A stretch of 64,000 nucleotides of DNA, taken from the NCBI RefSeq assembly GCF_009834535.1, contig NC_045701.1:73470001-73534000 (forward strand). The letters are read 5' to 3'. Of the stretch, positions 22,401-36,900 are shown in pieces. The position numbers were made by a program, and so were the translations under genes. The stretch is from Camelus ferus. Lineage: Eukaryota. Position 1 is the first letter of the stretch; every line of letters begins with the position of its first letter. The notes below the pieces were generated by a model that ran no database searches, had not been told where the DNA came from, and saw only the letters and a program-made list of their open reading frames with translations.

Positions 22401-25400
22401 TTAGCATCCTGCTAACAGTTTTTTGTTATTCATCTCTGTCCCCAGACTAACAACAGAAAGAAAACAGAAAGAGTTGTAATACATTTTTATGTTTCCTGCT
22501 CTTGATGTCAGATATGGCAGTCTGTTTTCTGAAGAGCTGTTTTGAAGGTTTGAGTACATGAGATACACTGCAGGTATCAGCATAAAAAAATGAAAGAGGA
22601 TTTTAGCAAATCACATTCTGATCTTCTTTCAAGGCCTGTGAAAGATTTCCACTGTTTCCCCTTTTAGTGACATCCTATGGAGGCTAAGACTTCACCTGGA
22701 GAATTCTGTTTTAGATATAGTGAACAGCTTCTTAAAGATGGCATTGGTTAGTCAGTGCTCCTGCCCCCACAGAAAAGAGGAGAATTGAGGAATTAAAGAA
22801 ATACCAAGAAACGGAAGAACATCCAGGATCTTTGGTGGAGTTCTTGCTCTGCCATGTTTCCTAACTTTAAGGTATTTGATTTGTGAATGCTCTTGATAAG
22901 AGATAATGTTTATTGAGCACTTATTGTGTACCAGATACTGGGATAAGGGTTCCATAAGCTCCGTGTGGCTTAATGCTCATGGCATCCTCATGCACGGGGT
23001 GCTGTCAGTGCAGAAACACTACCATGATCTTCCAGCCAGGTTGAGATTGATTTGTTAACCAACTTCTTTTGGCTTTTCTTCTTTCACCCATAATAATCGA
23101 ATTGTCCTATATTTCTGGAAGGATATTCTAAGGTATTCTTTCAGGTGGCTTATTAAAATCTTTAATATGTGTTGGTATGATAGCTAACGATTATTAGGGG
23201 CTTAGTATGTGCCGGTTTTTAAGCTATGCAGTCTGTATGCAGATCTTATATTAGCCCCAAACACTCATGGAAGTTAATTATTATCAATTCCATTTCAAAA
23301 TAATGAAGGAGAGGATGAGAGACAGCCCCAAGTTCACACAGATGGAGAACCCAGCTCAGGATTTTTGAGCCAGGCCTGTCTGACTCCACAGCCCACGAGT
23401 TTAACCCTTACTTTGCTAACTTCCTTCATGGCCCATTGTCAGAACAGAACGAACATTTCCAGTGAATCCACGCTGTGCTCCAGTGCTTATTACCTCTTCT
23501 TCTTGATGATGATAAATCATTCTCTTAGCAGTCTGTTCTAAATTTTTAGCCTATTAATTTTGTTAATTTCCCCCCAAAAGCAAAGCAGTAAGTAACGTGT
23601 GCCATTCTATGGAATCTAAAGATTTGAACTTAAAAAAATTTGCAGGCTGGAGAACAGAATTTATTGTAATGCCTAAAAGTGAAGTAACACTCGTTAGATG
23701 CTATTGAGATTTAATCCAAAATTGATTTCCTAGGTCCCAGAAGCTTAAACTAAAGTGATTCTCAGAAATAAGGGTGTTTCTTATGAATTGGGGAGTTGAT
23801 AAAAATTTTCCTAAAGGAGATTTCTGGGAAGAAGGTGTTGTCCTGTTTGAGGTGTGAGATTGGCACTGATGTTACGCTGTGTGGAACACATTATTGTCTA
23901 GTTTGTTTCCTCAAACTCAGTTGCCAACATTTTCAGCGGAGGTTATTAGATATTTTAAAGTACCTTTAATCTTAAAGTGGATGCTAGTGGGACAAAAGAA
24001 ACCTCCTATAAAAGTTATTTTTGAGTTAGCTCTGTATTAATAAGCATGATTCTTGCAATTAAGCAAGTCTATGATAACTATACTAAATTATGTGGCATGG
24101 CATTTGCTGTCTGTATTCAAGGCTGAATTGTGTGTCTGTGTATAAGTTTGTACATTCATGTTTATAGTGACTGTTGGAAAATTCTAATGTTTTCTCTCAG
24201 TCTCCGGTAAACTGGAATTACATCCTTTTGTGAGTTTTTGTGCTCATGCTACCTTCGGGGGTTCCGAAATGCTTCTGGTGCCCCTTACAATGTAGATTTC
24301 TCTCACTGGCCTCTTTCATGCTGACTTGGCACACTTGAGGACTGAGCCGCATGCTTCTGGTTTCTCTGCTTAAAAAGTTGCAGGGCTGAGCCTGGGCTTT
24401 CACAAAAATGAACCCCTGGCAAAACCACGTCTTTTCCATTTGAAGAGCAGCCACCAGCAAACAAAAAGTCTCCGGGCGTTTTACCTTCAGGGTTTGGTGG
24501 AGAGCTTAAGTGTGTTCCCCATCAGTTGGCTCATTTGTGCATATTGGCAAGTTCTGGGTTGTTTCTGGATCTCTTAAGTTGTCTTTTTAATGAGGAAAGA
24601 ATCCTACAAACTGTGACACCATCCCCACAAGTTTCAAAAGTCTGTCTAGAAATCCGTTGTTAAGCTACCAGTAGAGTTTCATAGCAGGAAATCTGTATAA
24701 TGAGGTCTGATTATATAGTGGTTTCTAGTGGAAGAGGGTGTGTGCCCGGAGGTGCTTTGGGACACTGAGAACGTTCGTTAGCTACTTCTTGAATGCACAC
24801 TGTTGTATGAAAGAAACAAAACTCAGCTTTAACCCTGTAAGAGCTTACTTGCCAGAGAATAATTGAAAACCCACATACACACAGAAAAATGATTTATACA
24901 TGTGCAACACTGGGAAGATAAAACAATGAGAAAACCTGGTAGTTAAGTGTGATGGTTTGGCTCTTTTACTTCTGTTCTGGACCATTGCTTTTGCCAAGCC
25001 CCTCCCCTGTGAACACAGGTCACCTTCTCTGAAAGGTGTCAGTTGAGGAAGGGACTTAATGCGATCCTGAGAGATAACCTTAAACTGACGTTCAGTCTTC
25101 AGGTACCCTCACTGAACAGGACGTACCAGCTAGACGACGTACACCTTCCACCTTGAACCTCCTCTATATGCTGAGTACAAGGCAGACCCTTAAAAAGCCC
25201 TTCAAGGGTAGTGTCACTGTTACCAGCACAAATTCCTTTGTTCCTTCATTTACTAGCTGAGTGGCTTTGAGGAAGTGATATATACTCCCTAAATCTCAGT
25301 TTCTTCATCTATGAAGAGGGCATACTAATAGTCACAAGTTGACAGGAGGGTTGATGGGATAATTTTATTATGTAAAACATATATTATGTATGTTTTATTT

Positions 25401-28400
25401 ACATGGGGAGGGTTTAATACATGTTAAAAACTATAATTGTTATAATTATGTAAAGTTCCCCTTTATAGCTGAGGAACGTCAGGCTTGGAAGGGTTAAGAG
25501 GCTTTCCCAAGGTCACAGAGTTAAAGCAGAAAAGCAGGAATTTGAACCCAGTTCTTTCTGACTCCAGATCAAGTCTCTTTCTAATAGATCATCACTTGTA
25601 TTCAATAAAAATATATTTTCTGAGCTCTGACTGTGTGAGTACTCTGTTGAGTGCTGACCAGCTGGACTCAGTCGCTTTCCTCATGGAACCCACTTTCCAG
25701 CTGCCTCTAAAACTGCCTCTCCCTGTGCTGTGCCTTCTCTGGCTTTCTGGACCAGGATACTGAGTCCCCATCATGCTCCAGGCCACTCTGTAGCTTGGAA
25801 GAGTGAGGACTGCCTTGGGCCGACATTGTAGGGAGGAGGGTTTCCTAAGAACAGAAATGGCCGGATGCCACTCCTGCAGTTTGAGAGAGCAGTGACAGTG
25901 GCCACCACAGCAGGAGTGCTGGAGAGGACAGGCTGACCACGGCTGGAGGAGCACTGGCCCCTTCCGCAGATACTGCACTGTTTCCACCGTGACATGGAAT
26001 GGTAATGGTGTGAGGAATCGCTGGGACTCTGTTTTTACTTCTGCTGCTTATAAATCCTATGATCTTCTGGGGTTACTCTCCATGCCTCAGTTCCTCACCT
26101 GCAAGATCGGGATCACAGTAGTCTGATCTCACAGCAACTTCATAGCCAGGACTGCTGAGCACACAGAAAGGATTCAGTGAATACTAGTAGTTAGCATTAA
26201 TATGTGTCCAGCACTGTGTCATCCCACTGAATCCTCCCTTCGTGCCCAGGAAATTGACATTGTTAACATTTCCACTGAACAGATGAAGAACACGCTTGCA
26301 CAGCTCATAGCTGCCAGAACTAAGGGTTCAACGTAAAGCGTCTAACTCAGCCTGTGCTTTACACGCTGTGCTGAGCTGCCTCCTGAGGAGCTTGAGGAGC
26401 CTGGGCTCAGTGTCCAGGAGACAGAAATACGGATTCAGACGGTCTCTAGTTCCCCAAGATTTTGTTCAGTTTTAAGTGTTCAAAAAGAGATACATAAATC
26501 AAGTGCTCTGGGGCATGGGTGAGGGACAGTGAGCAGCCAAGCATCTCTCTTTGTGGACTGGCAGGAGAGTGAAAGAGATTGGCAACGGAGGCGTGAGATA
26601 GATGGTGAGACGTGCATGGTTTTTAGATTTGGGTAGATACGGGGTAGAATTCTAGCTCAGTGTACATCCTGGGCTTTAATACCTGTGCGGCTCAGGCCAC
26701 AGTTGATAAATATATTACTTAACCTTTGAGCCTTGGTATCATAAGCTGGAAAAGAAGGAAGTAGGGGAGAGAGAGAGAAAGACGGAGCTCGCAAGGGATT
26801 GTAATATGTAACTCTTGGAGAAGTTAGGCACTGGGTGATCCTTGATAGTACAGCATCATGCATGGTGCCGGTGCCAGTTTCCATCCTTTCCCCATGGATG
26901 ATGGAGAGAAATCGACCTGCATTTGATGGAGAAGAGCAGTCTAGGTGGTGGGAACAGCAGCAGAAGTGCAAAGGCAGCAAAGGGGTGTCTGGAAAATTGC
27001 AAGTAGCACAAACCTATGCAAATGCAAATCACACAGTTTACAGAGCTTGTGTTTGGAGAAGAGGTGTGAGATGAGAATGGCAGGGAAGGTGGTTTTCAGA
27101 TGCTGAATGTTCTTCTAAATATATGGATTACTTATAGGATCCAGTCACTGTTTCTGAGTGAGGAAATAACAAGCAGACACCGGGTTACAGGGAGAGTAAC
27201 GTATTTTACACATCCAAGGTAGATTGATACTGAGACAAGGGATGTAGACAGGAAAGGGGAAGGGGCTGAAAATAAAGAGATCTATTGGGTGAGGGTGGTT
27301 ACAGTTAAATTAAAGCAGTGGCCCTGATAATAAAAAGAAAAAAAAAAAAAGCAGAATGGTGATATCAGTTAGCTATTGCTGGGAGTCAACAACTTGTAAG
27401 TCAACATAACTATGATTCAGAAGTTTGAAAGATCTCATCTAAAGAGTTGCAATACGATAATCATACCTTTAAGAATTTGCCCAAGGAAACCGTATTTCTT
27501 TGACTGGAGAAATGGCACAATGTAGCTATAGGGTGGCAAATATTTTAAAAATAAATTCAAATAAGCACACAAGCAAGTGACAATACTTGAAAGAGAGAGA
27601 GATGGATCTAGACAGATCTAGATACACAGATACATATGCATGTAGATAGTGTGTATCTACATAGAGAGAGACGGAGCGTAAGCTCTTAAGTCAATGGATG
27701 CTGGGAAGGGAGAAGAGTTTCTTTTATTAGTTAGGCTGTTTCCTCTGCGTTTGGCCTGATAGGGAGTCATAATATCTAATAGTGTCTAATAGGCGAGTCA
27801 GGTGCCTCTTCACTTTTCATTTCAATGGCCAAGTGAAGTGTCCGGGAGCATTGTCTAATGAACACAGTTGGCTGCATTTCTAACCATAGGGGTTCTTAAA
27901 GAGTGCAGTTTGTTTTCCAAAGCAGAGTATTGCTCTTGATGCTAGGAACTGAGAAACTAAATTTCGCTCTAATGGTTGCACATTTAAACCCCCATTTCTT
28001 GGCCCCTGGAAGCATGACTTTCTCTAGTCTGAAGCATTTCTTTGCCATTGAAAGGTTAGCATCTCTGGAAAGGAATGTATATTGAAAGGAGAGTATCAGC
28101 TCAACACTCATTGCTTTAAACATTTATTTGACACGAGCTTTCACCCTTCATGTGTTTTCTCTACAGAATGAAAAATCAACAAATGTATCTTCTGTGTGAT
28201 CCCCGGATATTAACTGCACCTGCCTGGGACTAAGGCACAGGAAAGATTTTCCCCAAGTGCATTTTTTTCCCAGTGAGAAGAGTTACTTAGCAGCACCCCA
28301 GATTCTGCTGTAGGCTCATTTATTCTAGCAATGAGATTGATTTGCGATTCCAGCAGAGGGTTCAAGCATGCGTTTTGTTTTGTTTTGTTCCTACTCATAC

Positions 28401-28929
28401 AATGTGTCATTATTGACACCATTTAAGCAAAAGACTGCGTAATTCATAACATTTCTGTTTGGCTTTCAGATGCATTTGTATTTACAGTTCCATATTTGCT
28501 ACTAAATGAAATAACCTGCTGACAGGAGGTGCTCTGTCAGGTTCAGGAGAGTTTGAATGTGGTACGGATATGTGTGGCATCGAGTGACTACGCCATGCTG
28601 TGAGCAGAAGCCTGACCCTCTCTGCCATCAGGGAGATGCGTGGTGGAGGCACCTGGAGGGGGGCCCAGCTTGTCTTGAAGAGCTGGTCTTCTGCTTCTCG
28701 CCCTGCTCCTTCCTGGCAGGCTGCCGATAAAGCTGAGTTATTAAGCTTGGGCAGAGTTAAGCTTGCCCTTCCTCATCTTGTGTCCCCCCCTCTACAGGAC
28801 AGGGTAGTGGTTAAGGATGCCTGTGCTGATTCCGTCAGCAGTGCTTCTCCCACCCCTGTTCCCTCAGCCCGTCTTGAGGTCACCTGTGGACAGTTTGCTG
28901 CCCTGTCTTCCTGAGAGTGTTCACCAGCC

Positions 28930-29272
28930 ACGGGAGCCTGCTTGGCCTGCTTGAGACAGACTTAAAGTGCTAGAGATATGGACCAAATTGGTAGATAAAT
29001 GAGGTTTAGAATTTGGTGATAAATGCCCTGGCTTCCTCATCCCTCGGTGGTGGTCCTTAGGTGTGCTCCACATGCTCTCCTGGACGCTCCCTGGTAAGAC
29101 CAAAACCCCAATGTCCACAGCAATCCCCTGGCTATTAACCGGATTTCCTCCCTCCTCTGTTTGACTGTCCCACTTCCTCACCCTTCTTCCTAGGATCCCC
29201 TCCCAAATAAATTACCTGCACCCAAATCCTTGTCTTAGAGTCTGCTTTTAGGAGGGACCCCAGGGGAAGATA
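28930..29272 (+). mobile_element. LTR16-like ERVL LTR relic
   Basis: Typical 3' end cctcccaaataaattacctgcacccaaatccttgtcttagagtctgcttttaggagggacc...aagata. Confidence 0.65.
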
Positions 29273-30424
29273 GTTACAGAATTTAGCGCAGGGCCGCCTT
29301 GTGGCAAATTCCAGTTTGTTTCTTACAGTCTTAAATCAAAGACAATGATCAGACATCTTGTTACTTCAATTTCCTCACCTCTAGGAGAGGTATAGCGACG
29401 TGAAATAATTCATATCAAGCACTTAGCATAATGTCTGCCACATTGTAAGTTTTCAATAAACTTTGACTTCAGTTATTATTATTATTATTAATGTTGGTTT
29501 ACTTCAAATCATCTCTAAATAGATGGCCTGGACAGCTGTAGACAATTACAGGATTTAAAAATTCTGGCAGCTTTCTCACATGTGCATGAACTTTGGGAGC
29601 TTAAAAGTTTTTCAGGCTCCTGGTGGCCTGCAAGTCACAGATTCATGTTGGTGGAGGAGATGTGTGCACATTAAGGAGGACTGGCTGGTGGAGTGAAAGG
29701 CCAGGCTTCTCGTGCCTCAGTGAACTGGCCTGTTGGGGACACTGAGCGAGAGCCTCATTGAAGTCCGTGTTCCTGGCACACTAGAGAGAGAAATGATTTT
29801 CTGGGGCTTTGCTAACATTTTGAAAAACTCAGTCAGTAGTGCTTCTGCTTATGGATAACATGGTATGCTAAGAAGGAACATGTTAACAAGCATCTGTTGA
29901 GTGCCTGTTATGCCCCAGACATTCAGTTTGATGCTCGGTGATTAAGACAAATATGACTCGGTTCCTGGTTTCAAGTCTGGTGGGGGAGACGGACACGTAA
30001 ACAGATAAATGACAGCATAAAGTGCTATGGCTGTACTGAGAAGAAAGGGGTTCACTTCGGCTAAGACTGGGAAAAAGGAGTTTTGATAGACTTCAGTATG
30101 CCCTGGAGGTGGCTTTGCAGAGGAGGAGGCTGAAGCTCCTAGAATGCATGGAGGTTATCTAAGGCACATGGCTGCTGCGCGGGGAGCCAACGTTCAACCA
30201 GAGCTTTCCTTGTCCAGGCCTCTTTCCATCATGCTGGCTGTCGTGGTGACAGGTGGAAAGGTCCAGGGAGCTGCACTCTGGGTCTAGTCTTCCACCCCAC
30301 ACCAGTTCCCCTTGCAGGAAATCCCAGTGCTGTCTCAGACTGTAGTCATGGAGCTCCAGGGCATGTGGCACTTGGAATTTTCTTTTTGCTTATTGCAGAG
30401 AAAATATGAAACTGGTGGGTGACG

Positions 30425-30515
30425 GTGGTCACGAGGTATGGACTTCCAGTTATAAGATACATAAATAAGTCCTGTGGAAGTAATGTACAGATGGTTACTA
30501 ATAACATTTTAAAAA
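30425..30515 (+). mobile_element. L1MA-type 3' UTR fragment
   Basis: ggtatggacttccagttataagatacataaataagtcctgtggaagtaatgtacagatggttact. Confidence 0.6.
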
Positions 30516-33500
30516 TCTATGTACATATGAAACTGGGGTAATTTACACACACATAATTTGAGTGGAAAGAGAAAAAGGGGGTGAGGCCTCTGGATGGCCT
30601 ACTATTTACAATAGTAATAAAAGGAGACTTTTGTTTTCCTCAGCAGCTCAGGAAAATAGGATGAAGGAATTGTGATCAGGGATAATGTACACAAAATCTT
30701 AACTTTTACCCTCTCATTGATTCACAACTTGAAATTGTCTATTTTCCCACATTAAGTGACCTCCACTGTCAGGCGGAATTAATAAACCCTTGTGACTTAT
30801 CAGATTCTTTGGACACAGAACAAATTAAGTTTTCATTAAGAAAAAGTCAAGACCTCGGGGTTGTAAAGCAGGATTTGGGGAGCAGGCTGATTGGTGGGGG
30901 TGGTGATGTAAAGAATCAACAGCATCTGGTGTCTGAAATAGTCATTAGCATCCTACCAGAAATAAATGATAGCCTCCACCCTTAGGAGATCAAATAAGAG
31001 CTAATACAAAAAAATTGAAAAAGGGATATTACCAATTTATATGCAGTAATCATAGGACTGTGTGATGTTAGGTAGGAAAAGGTGTGGTTAATCAGAGAGG
31101 AAGTGAGGACAGGAAACCAGCCTTTATTGAACACTTGGTGAAGGCTTCCATGCTGTGGATATGAACAGTCCCATTTCACAGATGGGGACACTGAGAATCA
31201 GATATTTAGCGTTAAGTGCCTTACCTGAAGGGGCAGAAGTGAAATCAGAACCCAGGATCAGTGCTGAGCCCTTAGAAAACTATCCTCTCCACTCCAGACC
31301 ATGTTGTTCGGGTGAAAACATGCCACAGGGGCTGGTGTTGGGCTGCAGTTCCAAGGAGGAGAGGAAGGTGATGCTGCAGTTAGGTGATGGGAGATTGTCT
31401 CAGGAGCGTTGACGTTCACAAGCAAATTCTTGGAAGCAGAAGGAGACTGTGAGCCAGGAAGCTGAGGAAACCATTTGGCTAGAAGGGAGAGTGTGAGCTT
31501 GGGGCTTAAGTGGAAATGGGCGGCGCCAGGCCCTGTGGGTCTGGCTGGGGGAGGACTTCACAGGCAGCACATGGTTCTGGTTGAACTCAGTGATATTTTT
31601 GAACTTGTATTTTCCCAGAATCAGATTCTAGAGAACAGAAGTAAGTAAAGCAAGTCTCCAGCCCCAAGAAGATGGCAGTGTAGGGCCTTAGATTTTAGCC
31701 CCAGGCCCTATTGAAAAGTGGCCTGATTCTTCTGTTTGATCTAGAAGAGTCTCGAAGGGTGAGGTGGAAGAGGGCCTTTATTGAAGTGGATGCAGAATCA
31801 GAGTCTGATTGCAAAGGATAAAATATCCCAAGATCAGTGAAGGATACAACTCCTGCAGAGAGGATGCTCTGATGATATAGATGGAAGGCAGCTGGGAGGT
31901 GGACAAGGGTCTTGAGGGCAGAGAAGAGGACTGAACACATTTGGGAAATGTGTCCGGGAAGTGGTGTTTGAACTTAGCAACTTAGGTGTGACGGAGAGAG
32001 GCAAGTATAGAGCGTATGCTAGTAATTCTTAACCTTGAGCACTATCTTCTCAGGCACTGGGAGAATGAAGGAATGTTTTTTGATATATTCCTTCCAGCCT
32101 TATATTTTCTTATTGTCAAATGAGGTAGAAACCAATATAAGGAGGTGTTCAGTGAATCAGTTGAAAATCCTGGGTACCTTCTGTGTGCTAATCAGAATTC
32201 TTGGAGTTGCTGGATTGTAAAAATATGAGATACCAACTCACTCTGTAGAAACTCAAGATCTAGGTGTGGGGCCAGAAAGATAGCCCACAAGCATTTCCAG
32301 TGTTTGCAATATGCAGCACAAAATATTTATGATTTGAATTGTCTGTCCATCCCTTGTGATCTGCAGATGGCCAAAGTGTATCCTTATTACAGCAGATTCT
32401 ACTTGTACTGAAATGGTGGGTTACTTTTCTGTCTCTACCACCAGACTGTGTGCTTCCTGAGGGCAGGAACTGTGTCTTCCTTTCGGACTTCCTGGCACTT
32501 AAAACAGAGTGTGGCTCGTAGTTCAAGGTCAATGAATATCTGAATGAAGGAATGCCTGAAAGAATAAATGGTGGCCTCTTCCTTCATAGTTGCTGTAGTT
32601 TATAAAGTAGATACAGATATAATCCAAGCTAAAAATAGCAATTTGGCAGTTCCCTCTAAATTTGCTATAATAAAATATACCAGAAAGGCTTAACAGACTT
32701 CTTTACTTAACTCTGTGGCTAGTGGACCTTCAGTCATTTGACAAACACTTTTTTAGCTTCTACTTTATGGCAGGGAATGTACTAAACATCAGGGGCTGTT
32801 TTCAACTATCTTAAAGGACTGTTGATATGGAAACATATATGTTGAAACATTCTGAAGTCTGTAGGATACCGTAATGAGGTCATCTTATGCTCTCGAAGGA
32901 AGCACCCCTGTTACTTGAACTTTAGTTGCGTCCTGTAAGTGTTATCTTCAAATAGAACGCAGGAGGGCACCAGAGAACAAGAAACAAAACAAAACAAAAC
33001 AAAACCCTGGCTTTGAATAGAGACCTGCCCAAATTATTGTCACTCTGCCGTCCGTTTCTAGCTCAGGCCCATGCCTGTGCATGATGGGGAGGGGACACAT
33101 ATGAAGAGAACACAGAGAGTGGCCTTGCACACATGACACTGTAAAGCATTTTAAGGTCCCCACTTGGCCCGGTGGAGTGCTTCATTCTCCAATTCACACC
33201 TTTCACTTATTTCTCTCTGCTACGGAGTATTTTAAATTCTGGTTTATTTACCTCTTCCCTAAATTCAGTAGACTCTCTGTAGTCTGTTCTGGTCTTCATC
33301 TAATCCATCTCTTACTCTTTTTTTTTTTTTTAGTCAATTCTCCAAAGTTTCTCAATTATTTACAAAATAATGTCCAGTTCCTTAGCATTGTACATAATCT
33401 ATTATCTTTCCTACCTTAACTCTCACTTCATAACTCATATTCCCTCTACTCCCCAAAGCACACAAACAGAACAGCCGCCCCAGTTTGTCTGCCCTCCAGC

Positions 33501-33659
33501 AGTCGATCACATTTTACCTACAGTGACTCTACTGGATGGGGTGTAGCTCAGAATCAAGCACACAGGCTCTGGGACGAGAGCAGCTGCTGACAAGCTGCGA
33601 CCTGAGGGCCCCATGCTCCCCACTACCTCTTTTCATAGAAAATAAACTTTTCTTGGAAC

Positions 33660-33950
33660 AAATGAATAAACTGCTCACAATAAAGATGCCAGACCAAAAA
33701 AAAAAAAGTACATATTGTATGGTTCTACTTATATAAATCTAGAAAATGCAAACGGATCTGTAGTGACAGCCTAGATCCAGAGGAAGAGATTACAGGTTGG
33801 TACAAGGAAACTTTTAGGGGTAATGGATAGGGTCCTTAGCTTGATTTTGGCAGTGAGTCTGTAAGTCTATTGATAAGTCAAAACTTATCAAACTGATCAC
33901 CTTAAATACGTGTGGTTCACTATATGTGAATCATACCTCAATTTAAAAGA
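33660..33950 (+). mobile_element. L1M (MB/MC/ME-type) 3' UTR fragment
   Basis: agccagaccaaaaa...acatattgtatggttctacttatataaat...gcaaac...tagtgacag...gtcaaaacttatcaaactg...ccttaaatacgtgtggttcactatatgtgaatcatacctcaat. Confidence 0.7.
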
Positions 33951-36900
33951 AAACATTATGGATTACTTTCCTGTCAGACGTTTCCATGACCTCAGTCACC
34001 GTGAAGAGTCACTCATGTCTTGATAGAGAGGCCACTGGAGTGATTTCCCACGGTCCTGGGCTTCCACTCTGTTACTGGTTCCAAGCATTTGGCCACATAC
34101 CTTAATTTTTTGGTGCCTTTGAGCCCTCATCAGAGACAAAAGAGGACTGGACTTGATAATCTTCACGTCGCCTTCTGAATTTCTAGAGTTCTCTCAACTC
34201 CACTTTACATTTCACAGATATCATTTCACAGATATTTTGGGGGATACTCATCCTCACTCAGGCAGTATGTTCGTGGTCTGTAGCTACCCTTCCTTTGTTG
34301 TCAGTGATGCTGCTTTCTTAAGTATTTCATCTCTCTGTGAAATTGCAGGGGCTCATCTGATACAATAGTCCTTTGTAGCAGCAGAGAAACAGGGCAGCTC
34401 AGTTTCTTTGGGAAAATTACCCACCTGAATTGCATATTGTAGCATTTAGCCTCCCAAATTCACCTTCTCCTTTTCAAATTTAACAATAATAGGATGTTTT
34501 TAGTTAGGTTGAAACCGCATAATTTTAAAAAAGAAATGCAAGAAAAAGCTAGAAGGATGTTTTATGAAACTATGATAGACTTGAGAATGGGAAAGATCAC
34601 TGGGAAATTTCCCATCTCTTAGGCTCTTGTAAATGACACTGGCTTCCCGCAGTGGCCTTGAAGTTGAGTTACTGTTAGAGGAATTTGTAAGCCTCTTAAG
34701 ACACCCCAGAGCTCGTGGATGAGCAGTGTTCCCTGGAGAGGAGAGTTTGCTGGAGCTTCTCCAAAGCCCAGCTGCTCAAAATCTAAATGATCACTGCAAG
34801 CCTTGCTTACCTCTAGGAAAGTCTCCTTAGAGGCAGACCAGCAGTGTTAAGATGCTTAGAGAAGTACATTTTTAGCACTGATGAAAACTGGAGACTGAAG
34901 AAACGAGAGTGCAGCAGCTACCTTTAGACGGGCCGGACACTCGTACCTCTCACTAGACCCCCTTAGCTCACTGAGTGATTGTCCTGCCCAGTCTACAGCT
35001 CTAAGACACCGAAGCTGAGATATTTAGGTGTGTGTCCAAGGTTGCAGCTGGCGTGTACTGGGGCAGGAACTTGAAGCCACACCTGGCTAGCTCGGAACCC
35101 AGTGTTCTTTCTCATGCCTCTCTGGCTTACTGCGATGGTGAGGCGTTTGAGTTATCGTTCGGCCATTTCCTTCACCTGATGCTTTCAGTGTGGTGGTTGC
35201 AGTTTCTTCAGTGCATCTTGCTGGCCTGCATGAGCGCCGTGGAACGGTGGGCCTTTCTCTCTGCAAGCTCCCTTGGCACCATCGGTGTACCATGAAGGGT
35301 GGCTAATCCTGGGAGGATGGGGAGGAAGCCTCAGCCTTTCTTTATTTGGCATTCGACTTTTCTCTTCTTCTAAGTGGTTTCTGCATGGACTTTGTGGAGT
35401 TTTAGGAGTTGAGTTTAACATCTAAGATTTGGGGTGTTTAGGACATTTTCTCCCGTGTGAGACCAGAGCTGCTGGTTCTCGTCTAACCCTTTCTTTGTGG
35501 AATCTGAGTTGCATTTCATTGGCTGGAAAAGGCAGTCAGGAGTTGGTCTCTGCCTCCAGTCTCACTCCCCTTCTAAGCTTTACACTTGAAGGGCCAGAAT
35601 GGCTTTTCTAAAACAATAATCTGATCACATCAGTCCCTGTGGTGTGTGGGAAGTCACCTTACTCCAAGTACACTCAGGTAGGCTGCCCTAACGGTCATGG
35701 CACTGAAGTGCTCATGGAGCAAATTGAGCTGTGTAATTATGTGGCTCATCGCATCACTTAAAGCGCACAGACAAAGGCAAGGGCAGAGAGATCGGACAGA
35801 GGGTCACACAGGATAAGCGGGGTGGCAAGACTGCTCTACCCGCATCCGCACAGTGTTCATATAGTTTGTTCTCTCTCTGCCATATCAGCCTTTCCTGCTG
35901 ATGGATGGTTACATGGACCAGAGTCGAGGCTAAGCTGGGGGTTTCAGCAGCTGGAAGGCATTACACACTTGCCCCCCTGGAGAGACAACAAGAGCAAACA
36001 TATCTGATCAGCGATGGCTCACCCATTAGGCTGATGACCAGGTGTGTGTTTTATCTCTGTGTATCAGCAGAGAAAATACGGGGTCCAGAATGTGGCCAGG
36101 ATGAGTGTCATTAATGAGTTGACCAGTTTAGGGATGACAGATGTCAATCAGACATGGTCTGAGCTTTATAAAATATATGTGGTTTACTCGGCACTTCCAT
36201 CCTTTTCTATGGAACCTTTCTGTTCCATCCTTTTAATCTTTGTTTAAAATATATATGCTTTCTTTATTTTCTCTGTGTTTAACAGGGCTCAAGAGGTTAC
36301 CATTTGCTCTCTGTACGTCATACATTCTATGGGTTTTATTCATCCTATTTGTTTTTATTGCAATCTGCAGCAAAATTGAATAATGCTAAATAATACAGCA
36401 GACATGTTGCAGCCTATTTATTTCAAGAGCTCTTTTTTGGTCTAGAAAATAAAATACAAAATCTTACTTTATTTCATCTGTTACTGCATAAAGGTCCTTA
36501 TAATCTCCTCCTCTTTAGACTCATCTCCTACCTCTCATAAAAGTGCCCTCCACTTCCATGCCACATATTCCCTGAACTTGCTGACCTCTCTCAAGTCTGC
36601 ATGTGTACAGAATGGTCTTCCATCTGTGGTCTACCTGGAGCATCCGTTTCTGTTCATTCCTTAAGAAGCATAAGCTTGGCTTTCTCTAGGAAATCTTACT
36701 TGAACACTGCTATCTTCTTAACCCCAAACCCAGGCCAAAAGGCAAACATATGCACACATACATCCACACATATACAAATGTCTTCTTCCTCTCACTGTGC
36801 TCTTAAGGTGTGATATAAGAAGCACATGGTAGTATTAGAGCACTTAAAACATTGTATTACATTTTTTACACTACTGTGTCCTCCGGTAGCCTCTAAGGAA

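Noticed and set aside
25230-26370. Inverted MIR pairs as dsRNA or editing substrates
   Set aside because: The copies are too diverged to form long duplexes.
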